From positions 1 to 37,203 of the IMG/VR virus record IMGVR_UViG_3300027838_001061: DNA of 37,203 bases, one strand, 5' to 3'. The DNA is from a virus (Duplodnaviria > Caudoviricetes). Below the pieces are notes generated by a model. The model had not been told where the DNA came from, made no database searches, and saw nothing but the letters and a program-made list of their open reading frames with translations. The translations under genes were made by a program, and so were the position numbers. This document shows positions 16,815 through 25,777 of the stretch, one piece after another (within the stretch, counting starts at the first letter, position 1; the number at the start of each line of letters is the position of its first letter).

Positions 16815-18450
16815 ATGCGGATGTGAGTTTGACATAGACGGAGACCGCTCTATACTAAAGGAGGACGGACTCCCTGTTATTAACCTGAACATACTTAATG
16901 TTAACTACGACTGCTCAAGAACTTGGGATCTTATATGCGACGGTAAAACAAAAGGGGTTTTTCAGTTAGAGAGTCAGCTTGGTAGGTCATGGGCAAAGAA
17001 GCTAAAACCCAGAAATATTGAAGAACTAGCAGCGCTGTCTGGACTATTGAGACCGGGATGTCTTAGAGCAATTGTAGACGGCAAATCCATGACCCAGCAT
17101 TATGTTGATCGAAAACATGGTAAAGAAAATATAGAATATATAGACGATTCTCTTGAGCCTATCCTAAAGTCTACACAGGGGGTTCTTGTATATCAAGAAC
17201 AGTCCATGAAAATTGCTCAGGTAATTGCCGGATTTAATTTAAGAGAGGCAGACGATTTAAGAAAAGCCATCGGTAAGAAAAAAGCCGATCTAATGACAGA
17301 GGTAAAGGAGACCTTCTTAAGAGGAGCGATTAAAAAAGATGTTGTTTCTAAAGAAGCAGCGGAGGAGATATTCGGGTGGATCGAAAAATCTAATCGCTAT
17401 GCTTTTAATAAGTCCCATGCTGTTTCTTATGCTATTTGTGGTTACTGGTCTGCTTATTGTAAAGCACATTTTCCGCTCGATTTCTACTGTAGCTACCTGT
17501 ATTATTCTGGGGGGAAACCGGACCCACAACAGGAGGTAAAAGATCTAGTTTCAGACGCTAAATCTAGCGGAGTATCGGTAGAACCCCCAAGAATAGAGAA
17601 GCTGAACAGGTCTTTTAAAATATATAATAAGTCTGTTAATTTTGGTCTTGGAGATATAAAGTATATCGGCAAGAACCACGTAGAAAAGCTGTTGTCTTCA
17701 GTAAAAGAGTATACCTCAACTGGACTGTTCAGCGAGGAGCTAGACTGGTATTCCTTTTTGATAAATGTTTCAGGTAAAATAAGCTCAAAAGTAGTTGAAT
17801 CACTAATACTGGCTGGGGCCTTAACAAAGCTTACAGGAAAAAAGACAGCCAGAAAAAAGTGTATGTATGAGTTTGAAACTTGGTCAGTGCTAACTAAAAA
17901 AGAGAAGGAATGGATTGTAGAAAGTTGTCAACAAGAAAACAATATATTATCTGCGCTTAAAAGACTATCCCCAACAAAAAAAGAAGGCGGCGGTACTTTC
18001 AGCAGCAAGAGAAAAGAGATAGTCGACGATCTCATAACCCAGCTAGAAACCCCACCATATTCTCTGGATGATTACCCAAATGAGATAGCCATGGACGAAG
18101 AAAGACTTCTTGGCGTAGCCCTTTCGTATTCCAAAGTAGATTCTTGTGACACAACCTCTGCGAACACAACCTGTAAGGAATATTCAGAAGGAAAAAAGGG
18201 TAAAATGACTTTGGGGGTAGAGGTAAAATCCTGTAGAGAATGGATTATAGCGAAGGGCAAAATGAAAGGTGAGAAAATGGCATTTCTAAGTATAGAGGAT
18301 GGAACTTCAGAAGCAGATTCAATAGTTGTATTTCCAGAAAACTGGGAAAAGTTTAAAAGCCTTTTGACAGAGGGCAACACGGTGCTCCTTTGTGGGGAGA
18401 CTTCAAAGAATAGAGACGGTCTTATAGTTGACAAGGTTTTTCAAATTTAA
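16795..18450 (+). CDS. dnaE: DNA polymerase III alpha, C-terminal half (fingers, HhH, OB fold)
   Basis: TKGVFQLES, LLRPG, VYQEQ, ADDLRKAIGKKK, YAFNKSHAVSY, GLGDIKYIG, EERLLGV, OB fold MAFLSIEDG...VVFP. Likely start is ATG 16795. Confidence 0.95.
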   Translation: MAIYTFECGCEFDIDGDRSILKEDGLPVINLNILNVNYDCSRTWDLICDGKTKGVFQLESQLGRSWAKKLKPRNIEELAALSGLLRPGCLRAIVDGKSMTQHYVDRKHGKENIEYIDDSLEPILKSTQGVLVYQEQSMKIAQVIAGFNLREADDLRKAIGKKKADLMTEVKETFLRGAIKKDVVSKEAAEEIFGWIEKSNRYAFNKSHAVSYAICGYWSAYCKAHFPLDFYCSYLYYSGGKPDPQQEVKDLVSDAKSSGVSVEPPRIEKLNRSFKIYNKSVNFGLGDIKYIGKNHVEKLLSSVKEYTSTGLFSEELDWYSFLINVSGKISSKVVESLILAGALTKLTGKKTARKKCMYEFETWSVLTKKEKEWIVESCQQENNILSALKRLSPTKKEGGGTFSSKRKEIVDDLITQLETPPYSLDDYPNEIAMDEERLLGVALSYSKVDSCDTTSANTTCKEYSEGKKGKMTLGVEVKSCREWIIAKGKMKGEKMAFLSIEDGTSEADSIVVFPENWEKFKSLLTEGNTVLLCGETSKNRDGLIVDKVFQI

Positions 18451-18456
18451 TATTCT
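18428..18456 (+). promoter_or_regulatory. Candidate sigma-70 promoter for the 18486-ssb-sigma genes
   Basis: TTGACA (18428-18433), 17-nt spacer, TATTCT (18451-18456), ending in the largest intergenic gap of the window. Confidence 0.45.
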
Positions 18457-18485
18457 CAAACCTCCTACATATCGTATATAATATA

Positions 18486-19034
18486 ATGGCGCCAGAGTTC
18501 AATAAGATAAAAAAGTTCTTCAAAGAGAATGATTATTATGTCAGGGTTTCTTCGAGTCATGACAAGTGCTGCTGTATCGCAGAATTTCCAGAGAGGACAG
18601 CGATAAAACCTTGGATTGATGGAAAAACGTGCTTGTACTCAATAGAGAAAAGTGGTATATTATATTTTAGTTCTGGATTTCCCTCAATCAAAACCGAACT
18701 AGATTTAATAGAAGAGAAAAACTTACACATAGAATGTCCCTCTTATGCCAGAAGACTTGTTATCTTCAATGATATATTTAACAACACAACAAAAATAGGA
18801 CTTTCTGTATCTTTCATATTGTTCTGTAACAACGATGGGTCAGAAGTTTCCGACATCCTGACTTTTACAGACATACTAAATCCACCCAAGACAGAAGAAG
18901 AAAAAGAATTAGAATTAGTTCTGGCTGAATTTTTCTATCTGAATCTAGAGAATCCCAGCGAGGATTATTCTGAAACGGCAGAAGAAAAAAATGTAGGACA
19001 AGGATACCGTCTGTTAAAAGGCCCGTTTGTTTAA
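18486..19034 (+). CDS. Hypothetical protein (182 aa)
   Basis: ATG-started ORF filling the space between dnaE-C and ssb. Confidence 0.7.
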   Translation: MAPEFNKIKKFFKENDYYVRVSSSHDKCCCIAEFPERTAIKPWIDGKTCLYSIEKSGILYFSSGFPSIKTELDLIEEKNLHIECPSYARRLVIFNDIFNNTTKIGLSVSFILFCNNDGSEVSDILTFTDILNPPKTEEEKELELVLAEFFYLNLENPSEDYSETAEEKNVGQGYRLLKGPFV

Positions 19035-19045
19035 GGAGATTTTGG

Positions 19046-19420
19046 ATGAATTCTTGTAACTTTATGGGAAGATTCGTGAAAGACCCGGATCTTAAGAATG
19101 CCAATGGGGTGGATGTTATAGATTTCACTCTGGCTATAAACGAATACAGAAAGTCAAAAGACGGATCTAAGACCAAGACCGTTGACTTTCTAGATTTCGT
19201 TGCTTGGGATACTGGAGCCGCAACAATAGCAAAACACTGTAAAAAGGGAGACAGGATTGCTTTAAGCTGCTCTGCGAGACAAGAAAAATGGGAAGATAAA
19301 ACGGGGAACAAAAGATCTGCAATAAAGTTTAGAGTAAACAAGTTCTATCTACTAACCGCTCCTCAATATTCTGAAGAACCTGATGAGAACGTGGAGGCAA
19401 TCGTTAGTGATGCTATATGA
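19046..19420 (+). CDS. ssb: Bacterial-type single-stranded DNA-binding protein
   Basis: MNSCNFMGRFVKDPDL, FTLAIN, FLDFVAW, KKGD, WEDKTGNKRS; AAGGAG RBS; acidic tail. Confidence 0.9.
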   Translation: MNSCNFMGRFVKDPDLKNANGVDVIDFTLAINEYRKSKDGSKTKTVDFLDFVAWDTGAATIAKHCKKGDRIALSCSARQEKWEDKTGNKRSAIKFRVNKFYLLTAPQYSEEPDENVEAIVSDAI

Positions 19421-19887
19421 ATAATTACAACCCCTCGGAGTCAGAGAACCAAAGGATAAAAGAAAATTACGGTCTAGTGGTTTCTCTGGCTCTTTCTTTT
19501 TCAAGATCATATAATCAAGATCTAGAAGACTATATTCAAGTCGGCTTAATAGGACTGCTTAAAGCAATCAGAAAGCATGACCCTGAACGTAGTAAGCTCT
19601 CAACGTATGCAACGGTTTGTATCAGAAATGAAATTGTAAAGTACACCAATAAAAACAAAAAGAATCAGTTTAATGCATCCTTAGAAAATCAAGCTGACAA
19701 CAGTTATCAAGATTCTTTTTGGGAATACGAACCAGACAGTTTGAGCGAGCAGGAGCGATCACTTTTATACATGAAAAGAGATAACTATTCATACCAAGAA
19801 ATATCAGAAGAGTTAGAATACTCAAAAAGCTACACAAAGGAACTTGCAAAAAGAGTTTTCAATAAAATAAATGAAGCAAATAAATGA
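19417..19887 (+). CDS. Compact sigma-70 family RNA polymerase sigma factor (regions 2 and 4)
   Basis: NYGLVVSLA...DLEDYIQVGLIGLLKAIRKHDPERSKLSTYATVCIRNEI (region 2); LSEQER...YSYQEISEEL (region 4 HTH). Confidence 0.88.
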   Translation: MNNYNPSESENQRIKENYGLVVSLALSFSRSYNQDLEDYIQVGLIGLLKAIRKHDPERSKLSTYATVCIRNEIVKYTNKNKKNQFNASLENQADNSYQDSFWEYEPDSLSEQERSLLYMKRDNYSYQEISEELEYSKSYTKELAKRVFNKINEANK

Positions 19888-21545
19888 GAAAAAAAAGGAT
19901 CCTGTTTTGTGGCGAAGCCACATATTTAAATACCGGATATGCAACCTATTGGCGGGAAATAATAACTAGACTGCACGCCACTGGGAAGTATGAGATAGCG
20001 GAGCTTGGAGGATATTCAAAGCCAGATGATAAAGAGCTATCTTATCATCCTTGGAAAATTTATCCGAACATGCCCGACATGAATGATGCCGCCTCTGTTG
20101 AAGAGTATAACAGCAACGTTCCAAATCAATTTGGTGAATGGAAATTTGAAGAGATCTGTTTAGATTTCAGACCAGATATAGTATGTGACATAAGAGACTT
20201 TTGGATGATGGAGTTTGAGGAAAGATCTCCTTTTAGGAGATTTTTTCATTGGTTTATAATGCCTACCGTGGACGCAGCACCACAACACCCGCAGTGGCTT
20301 TCTACATACTCCAGTGCAGATGCGGTGTTGTCATATTCAGAATGGGGAAGGGATGTTTTAAATAGGGAAAGCGGAGGGAAGGTTGACTGTCTTGGGATAG
20401 CTCCACCAGCGGCAGACAAGGTATACACACCGGTTGCCAACAAAGAGGCACACAAGCTATCGCTGGGGCTAGACCCAGACAGTATCATTATTGGCACTGT
20501 CATGCGCAACCAAAGGAGGAAACTTTTTCCAGATCTGTTTTTAGCCTTTAGAAAATTTCTGGATCTATACAAGAAACCAAATGTTTATCTATATTGTCAC
20601 ACGACTTACCCGGATGTTGGCTGGAACATACCCGAATTAATATCTAAGAACGGCCTTTCCAGTAGGGTATTACTAACCTATGCTTGCTCTGGCTGCGGAT
20701 CAACATTCCCCTCCTTCTTCCACGACGCTCTGACAGAATGCAAACACTGCCACAGCTTTCAGGCCAAGCTAACCAATCCCAGAGAAGGGGTTTCTACGGA
20801 GGTTCTATCTCAGATAGTTAACACCTTCGATTTATATGTGCAGTATGCCAACAGCGAAGGGTTTGGTCTTCCGCAGGTCGAGGCCGCTTCTTGTGGAATT
20901 CCTGTAATGTCTATTGATTACTCTGCCATGAGTAGCGTTGTAAGAAAAGTTGATGGCACACCCCTAAAACTAGCGGCAAAATACACAGAATTGGAGACCG
21001 GCTGTTTCAGAGCGGTCCCAGACAATGACTATTTTGTTGAGAAACTTAACGAGTTCTGCTCTTTACCAAAGGCTGTTCGAAGTAACAAAGGATTTCAAGC
21101 CAGAAAAGCATTTGAAAAAAACTACCGGTGGGAAGACAGCGTAAAGAAGTGGGAAGAACTTTTTGACGCTGCGGAAATAAGAAATGAAAAGGAGACGTGG
21201 GACTCACCTCCTAATATACATGAGCCACCAAAAGGATATCCAGACAATCTAGACACAAAAAATCTGGTAGACTGGCTAATAATTAATGTCTTGGGTGACA
21301 CGAGCAAGCTGAATTCCTATATGGCCGCAAGACTTATAAGAGACTTAAATTACGGTGTATCGACTGATGGAACTGGGGGAGTGTATTATAATGACGGCTC
21401 CCTTCTTTCTCTCAGTCCCAAAAATAAAAGGTTTGTGCAAGAGGATGCATACAGGGAGATGTTGATTCTTGCAAACAGAAAAAATTACTGGGAACAGATT
21501 AGGTCTAAACCTAAATGGGACTTTGGTGGAGTGACCAACAAATGA
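19884..21545 (+). CDS. GT4-family glycosyltransferase with CxxC...CxxC insertion
   Basis: NTGYATY, RNQRRK, EGFGLPQVEAASCGIPV; CSGC...CKHC insert. Confidence 0.85.
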   Translation: MRKKRILFCGEATYLNTGYATYWREIITRLHATGKYEIAELGGYSKPDDKELSYHPWKIYPNMPDMNDAASVEEYNSNVPNQFGEWKFEEICLDFRPDIVCDIRDFWMMEFEERSPFRRFFHWFIMPTVDAAPQHPQWLSTYSSADAVLSYSEWGRDVLNRESGGKVDCLGIAPPAADKVYTPVANKEAHKLSLGLDPDSIIIGTVMRNQRRKLFPDLFLAFRKFLDLYKKPNVYLYCHTTYPDVGWNIPELISKNGLSSRVLLTYACSGCGSTFPSFFHDALTECKHCHSFQAKLTNPREGVSTEVLSQIVNTFDLYVQYANSEGFGLPQVEAASCGIPVMSIDYSAMSSVVRKVDGTPLKLAAKYTELETGCFRAVPDNDYFVEKLNEFCSLPKAVRSNKGFQARKAFEKNYRWEDSVKKWEELFDAAEIRNEKETWDSPPNIHEPPKGYPDNLDTKNLVDWLIINVLGDTSKLNSYMAARLIRDLNYGVSTDGTGGVYYNDGSLLSLSPKNKRFVQEDAYREMLILANRKNYWEQIRSKPKWDFGGVTNK

Positions 21546-22675
21546 AAATTCTTTATATAGGATGCTATAGAGAAGGTACTGGTTGGGGGAACTCAGCCAT
21601 AGATTATATACTCGCTTTAGACAAGGCAGGGGTTGATGTTGTATGCAGGCCCGTCAAGCTTAACAATAATAACCCGGAAATACCTGACAGAATTTTGGAA
21701 CTAGAAGCGAGAGATTCTTCCGGGTGCGATATTTGTATACAGCACGTTCTACCTCACCACATGGAGTATAGTTCTTCTTTCAAAAAGAATATTGGATTGT
21801 ATTTCACTGAAACTTCCTCTTTTGAATATTCTACGTGGCCCAACAGGATCAACCAGCTTGACGAGGCTTGGGTTTCTTGTCAACAAAGTTTAGATGCTTC
21901 AATATATAGTGGAGTTAAAATACCCATTAGAGTACTACCTATCCCAACAAATATCTCTAGATTTGAGCGCAGTTACGAGCCTCTGGAAATACCAGAGACA
22001 GAAAACTCGTTCACATTTTATTTTATCGGTGAGGCTATAAGAAGAAAGAATCTTGTCGCCTTAATAAAGGCTTTCCATCTTGAGTTCTCTGTAAACGAAC
22101 CGGTTTCTTTGGTTATCAAAACTAGTAAATCCAACATGTCCGCAGAAGAATGTCACAAACATGTTTCTGAGATATGTTCTCAGATCAAAAGTAATTTAAA
22201 GCTGTATAAAAATGTAGATGACTATAAGAAAGAAGTAATAATTACACAAAGACTTAGCGATGACCAGATGATGGGCCTCCACAGATCTTGTGATTGCTTT
22301 GTTATGCCCAGCTTCGGAGAGGCTTGGTGTATTCCCGCTTTTAATGCTATGGGATTTGGTAAAACCCCAATCTGTACTAACGTAGGTGGGATGGCAGACT
22401 TTCTAAAGCATGGTGGAGGCTTTTTGGTTGAGGGAAACTCAGAACCCGTGTTCGGAATGACTGAAACATTCCATGACATCTACACGGGAAGGGAGGACTG
22501 GTGCAATATAGATATAAGGTATCTACAATCAGAGATGAGATACGTGTATGATTCACACACGTCTCAAGATAAAGAGTACTTAAAGATAAAAAAACAGGGT
22601 GTTGAGTCTGTCTATAATTATTCCTATGAGGCCATAGGAAAGCTGATGAGAAAGGAGCTAGAAAATGCCCTCTAG
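21542..22675 (+). CDS. GT4-family glycosyltransferase
   Basis: GTGWG, RRKNL, CDCFVMPSFGEAWCIP...AMGFGK, TNVGGMADF. Start is ATG 21542. Confidence 0.85.
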   Translation: MKILYIGCYREGTGWGNSAIDYILALDKAGVDVVCRPVKLNNNNPEIPDRILELEARDSSGCDICIQHVLPHHMEYSSSFKKNIGLYFTETSSFEYSTWPNRINQLDEAWVSCQQSLDASIYSGVKIPIRVLPIPTNISRFERSYEPLEIPETENSFTFYFIGEAIRRKNLVALIKAFHLEFSVNEPVSLVIKTSKSNMSAEECHKHVSEICSQIKSNLKLYKNVDDYKKEVIITQRLSDDQMMGLHRSCDCFVMPSFGEAWCIPAFNAMGFGKTPICTNVGGMADFLKHGGGFLVEGNSEPVFGMTETFHDIYTGREDWCNIDIRYLQSEMRYVYDSHTSQDKEYLKIKKQGVESVYNYSYEAIGKLMRKELENAL

Positions 22676-23690
22676 CGCAGTCTCGACAATAATAAGAGCG
22701 GCTACTAAAAAGAAGGACGCACCTCTTAATATACTAACTTTTGTGACACATGAGAGATACGAGTCCTTTCTTTCAAAAACTGGACACAATTTTTTCTCTC
22801 TCACCACCACTGACACGAAAGACTGGAACACCAACTACGGACCCGTCCCGAGCAATTATCACATTTTAAAATCTCTGGATGCAAATGTAAGAGTCCCCCT
22901 ACATCTAGACGTAGACTTGATTTTGTCTCAAAGCAAATTCGGACAATTTCAAGTTCTACAACAGATTGCAACTAGACTACACCTCCCGTTAGTCAATCTA
23001 GAACACACGCTTCCGGTCGATTCTTGGTCTCCAGAAAATTTAAGCCTCATGAAAAATATGACTGGAGATATAAATATCTTCATAACAAAATACAATATGA
23101 ATCAATGGGGCTATGAGGAAAGCAGAAATTTCTCTCCAATATATCACGGCATTGACACCGAACTGTTTTCCCCCCCGAAAGAAGAAAAAAGAGAGCCTCA
23201 CGCTCTATCAGTGGTAAATGATTGGGTAAATAGAGATTACTGTTGTGGTTTTAATATCTGGAAACAAATATCAGAAGAAGTGCCTACTAAAGTTGTCGGG
23301 GATACTCCGGGTCTTTCAGAACCTGCAAAATCTGTAGAAGACTTGGTTAATCAATATGGGTCTTCGCAAGTTTTCTTAAACACCTCCACGCTCTCGCCTA
23401 TACCAATGTCATTACTGGAGGCAATGTCTTGTGGTTGCGCCGTTGTATCTACAAACAACTGTGCAATACCAGAAGTAATAAAGGACGGAGAAAATGGGTT
23501 CTTCTTTGACAATCCAGCAGAAGCTAGGCAAAAGGTCTCCATGCTCTTATCAGACCCGGCTCTTGCTAGGAAAATAGGACAGAATGCAAGAGACACCATA
23601 CTGTCTAAATTCTCTCAAGGGGTTTTTCTAGACAGGTGGAACGAGGTTTTTAATAGAGCTTCCAAAATGGTATATACAGGGGTTAACTAA
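22665..23690 (+). CDS. GT4-family glycosyltransferase
   Basis: HGIDTELF, VFLNTS...PMSLLEAMSCGCAVVST, EVIKDGENGF. Confidence 0.85.
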   Translation: MPSSAVSTIIRAATKKKDAPLNILTFVTHERYESFLSKTGHNFFSLTTTDTKDWNTNYGPVPSNYHILKSLDANVRVPLHLDVDLILSQSKFGQFQVLQQIATRLHLPLVNLEHTLPVDSWSPENLSLMKNMTGDINIFITKYNMNQWGYEESRNFSPIYHGIDTELFSPPKEEKREPHALSVVNDWVNRDYCCGFNIWKQISEEVPTKVVGDTPGLSEPAKSVEDLVNQYGSSQVFLNTSTLSPIPMSLLEAMSCGCAVVSTNNCAIPEVIKDGENGFFFDNPAEARQKVSMLLSDPALARKIGQNARDTILSKFSQGVFLDRWNEVFNRASKMVYTGVN

Positions 23691-24112
23691 TGAAAGTTTA
23701 TCTAACCGTAAAGGGTGACAATATTAGCGGGTATCACAACATTGATGCCTCTTCTGGAGGAGATATTGTAAAGATGGAAGGAGTCGAAGACTCAGAAGCA
23801 ACCGAGATTATTGCTTCAGACGTAATTAATTTCACTGACATTGGCTCAATTAACGATCTATTGAGTGGTTGGATAAAAAAACTACGACACGGCGGTAGGA
23901 TCGTTTTAGGTGGAGTTGAGATTGATGAGGTATGTAAAGCTTTTGTATCCAAGGCTATTGATATAAATCAATTTAACAAAATCGTTTACGAGGGGAGGGT
24001 CAGCCAGATCACTGGTGCTGATCTAGAAAAAATTCTTATAAAGCATGGGCTTACTGTAACAAAAAAGAGGACTGATAATTTCAATATGATAATAGAGGCC
24101 ACTAGACCATGA
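23690..24112 (+). CDS. Degenerate class I methyltransferase-like protein
   Basis: GYHNID...EIIASDVI...WIKKLRHGG resembles short glycan-locus MTases, but the GxG SAM motif is absent. Confidence 0.5.
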   Translation: MKVYLTVKGDNISGYHNIDASSGGDIVKMEGVEDSEATEIIASDVINFTDIGSINDLLSGWIKKLRHGGRIVLGGVEIDEVCKAFVSKAIDINQFNKIVYEGRVSQITGADLEKILIKHGLTVTKKRTDNFNMIIEATRP

Positions 24113-25002
24113 CATTTTCACCATCAAATAAACAGGCGACTGGAGATGAGATAGTAACCACCTCCTGTTGTGACTGCGTGTTTGCGGAATATGTAGGAGA
24201 TACCCAGACCGATTGCTCTATGGGTAGGTTGGAGAAGTTTAGGAAAAACGGAACAACGGTTTTAGAAGCTCAGAACGAGGATAAAGAATTCTATGTCGTA
24301 GAAAGATTTTGTTCTGCGTTTAGAGATAGTGAGTGGAAGGACATACTGTTTTATTATTCAAATGATCTATCTGAAACTCCAGAAGATAGAGTTCGTAGAG
24401 AAATCAAAATAAAATGCGGATGTTTTATAGGCTTTGATGATACGTGCTCTATATCTGATTTAGAAAAAACTATTGTAAGTATAGAGAGGCAAGAACTACA
24501 ACCACTATACGTTACAGTAGCTAATTGTTCCAAGACTAATAATCTTGTTATTATGGACGTGCTTCGCTCTTACTTTGAGGATGGTGGTGAAGTTGTATAT
24601 ACTTGCTCATACGTAGACTTGGATGAATTGTCAACCAGAGAACAAACAGAAATTCCAGAAATATGGAGGGCTGTTGACGCCGCTTTTAATACCACGGCGA
24701 AAAATGGATACTACGCAGCAATAAAAGCCGGTAGAGAATTTTCAAAGGACTATCTTACATCTATTAATCACTATATAAACGAAGATATGAATCAGGTTAT
24801 TCTGATAAAATCAGGAGATGATACAGAGGATTATTTCATGCAATGCTCCTTGCATAAACTCATGTACGGTAGCAACGGGAAGTTTATCGTCGATAAGGTA
24901 ACGGAACTCTCGGAAGAGCAAGACCTTTACCATATGGTTACTGATATTAAAAACGTGAAAGAATCTTATGAGTCTACCAAGAGTAACGATAGTAATAGCT
25001 AG
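24109..25002 (+). CDS. Hypothetical protein: Cys-rich N-domain plus degenerate GT-A-like domain
   Basis: CCDC...C...C at the N-terminus; DLEKTIVSIERQ resembles the GT2 N-terminal helix; no DxD. Confidence 0.55.
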   Translation: MTFSPSNKQATGDEIVTTSCCDCVFAEYVGDTQTDCSMGRLEKFRKNGTTVLEAQNEDKEFYVVERFCSAFRDSEWKDILFYYSNDLSETPEDRVRREIKIKCGCFIGFDDTCSISDLEKTIVSIERQELQPLYVTVANCSKTNNLVIMDVLRSYFEDGGEVVYTCSYVDLDELSTREQTEIPEIWRAVDAAFNTTAKNGYYAAIKAGREFSKDYLTSINHYINEDMNQVILIKSGDDTEDYFMQCSLHKLMYGSNGKFIVDKVTELSEEQDLYHMVTDIKNVKESYESTKSNDSNS

Positions 25003-25777
25003 CTATAATTATGCCGAATACATAGGCGGGTGTATTCAAAGTGCTCTCAATCAGGACTATGAGGGCACTCTGAATATTTGTGTTGTTGACGACGGATCAA
25101 CAGACGGTTCATGGCAGATAATTAAGCATCAGTTTTCTGACCAAATATCCGAGAGTAAAACCGATGAACTTCTTATCATGGAAGAGATCGTAGATAGTAA
25201 ACGGCTAATAGCTATACAACAGCGAAACTCCGGTGCAAGCTCGGCTAGGAATACCGCGATAGACCATGCTTGGGATATGACCGACGCATATTCAATATTG
25301 GATGCAGATGATGAATATTACCCCAGCAAGGTTAGACTTTGTGTTGAAAAAATGATGTTCGACATGGATAATATCGGAGTAGTTTATACAGATTACGATA
25401 TAGATTACACTGTTTTCAATTTTAAAAAGACGGAGTTTAAAGAGCCTTACAGTGGACTCCGTCTTAAACAGAACTGCATAATTCACAGTGGCTCTCTTAT
25501 TAACAAAAAGGCTCTTGAAAAAGTCAGGGAAAACGGGGAGTACTATGATACTAGTCTTCATGGTCCGGGTGATCAGGATTTTATAGGATGCTCAGAAGAC
25601 TATGATCTCTGGCTTAGAATTGCTGAAAAATTTATAATTGCCCACATACCTACACCCCTCTCCCTTGCAAGAGAGACCGGAAAAAATCAGACATCAAACG
25701 TGACAGAACAGTCTGAGGTAAGAACCCGTAAGATAATATCTGACAAAATTATGGTTAGGCAACAAGCAAAAAGATGA
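24968..25777 (+). CDS. GT2-family glycosyltransferase
   Basis: IASYNY, SALNQ, VVDDGSTDGS, NSGASSARN, LDADD, EDYDLWLR. Confidence 0.93.
   Translation: MSLPRVTIVIASYNYAEYIGGCIQSALNQDYEGTLNICVVDDGSTDGSWQIIKHQFSDQISESKTDELLIMEEIVDSKRLIAIQQRNSGASSARNTAIDHAWDMTDAYSILDADDEYYPSKVRLCVEKMMFDMDNIGVVYTDYDIDYTVFNFKKTEFKEPYSGLRLKQNCIIHSGSLINKKALEKVRENGEYYDTSLHGPGDQDFIGCSEDYDLWLRIAEKFIIAHIPTPLSLARETGKNQTSNVTEQSEVRTRKIISDKIMVRQQAKR

Noticed and set aside
15840-16960. Split intein, intron or programmed frameshift rejoining dnaE
   Set aside because: No intein N-terminal or HN-C/S/T motifs at the junctions. The intervening DNA is fully coding for non-homing proteins. Reading through the dnaE-N stop hits another stop within about 18 codons. 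No convincing slippery site was seen.
17710-17735. STGLF as a beta-clamp-binding motif in DnaE-C
   Set aside because: It lacks the Gln and lies right after the HhH, not at the usual position.
18461-18466. AGGAGG on the minus strand as the RBS of an antisense gene
   Set aside because: It is followed only by a very short frame; the 18072-18434 minus ORF starts about 26 nt away and lies within dnaE-C.
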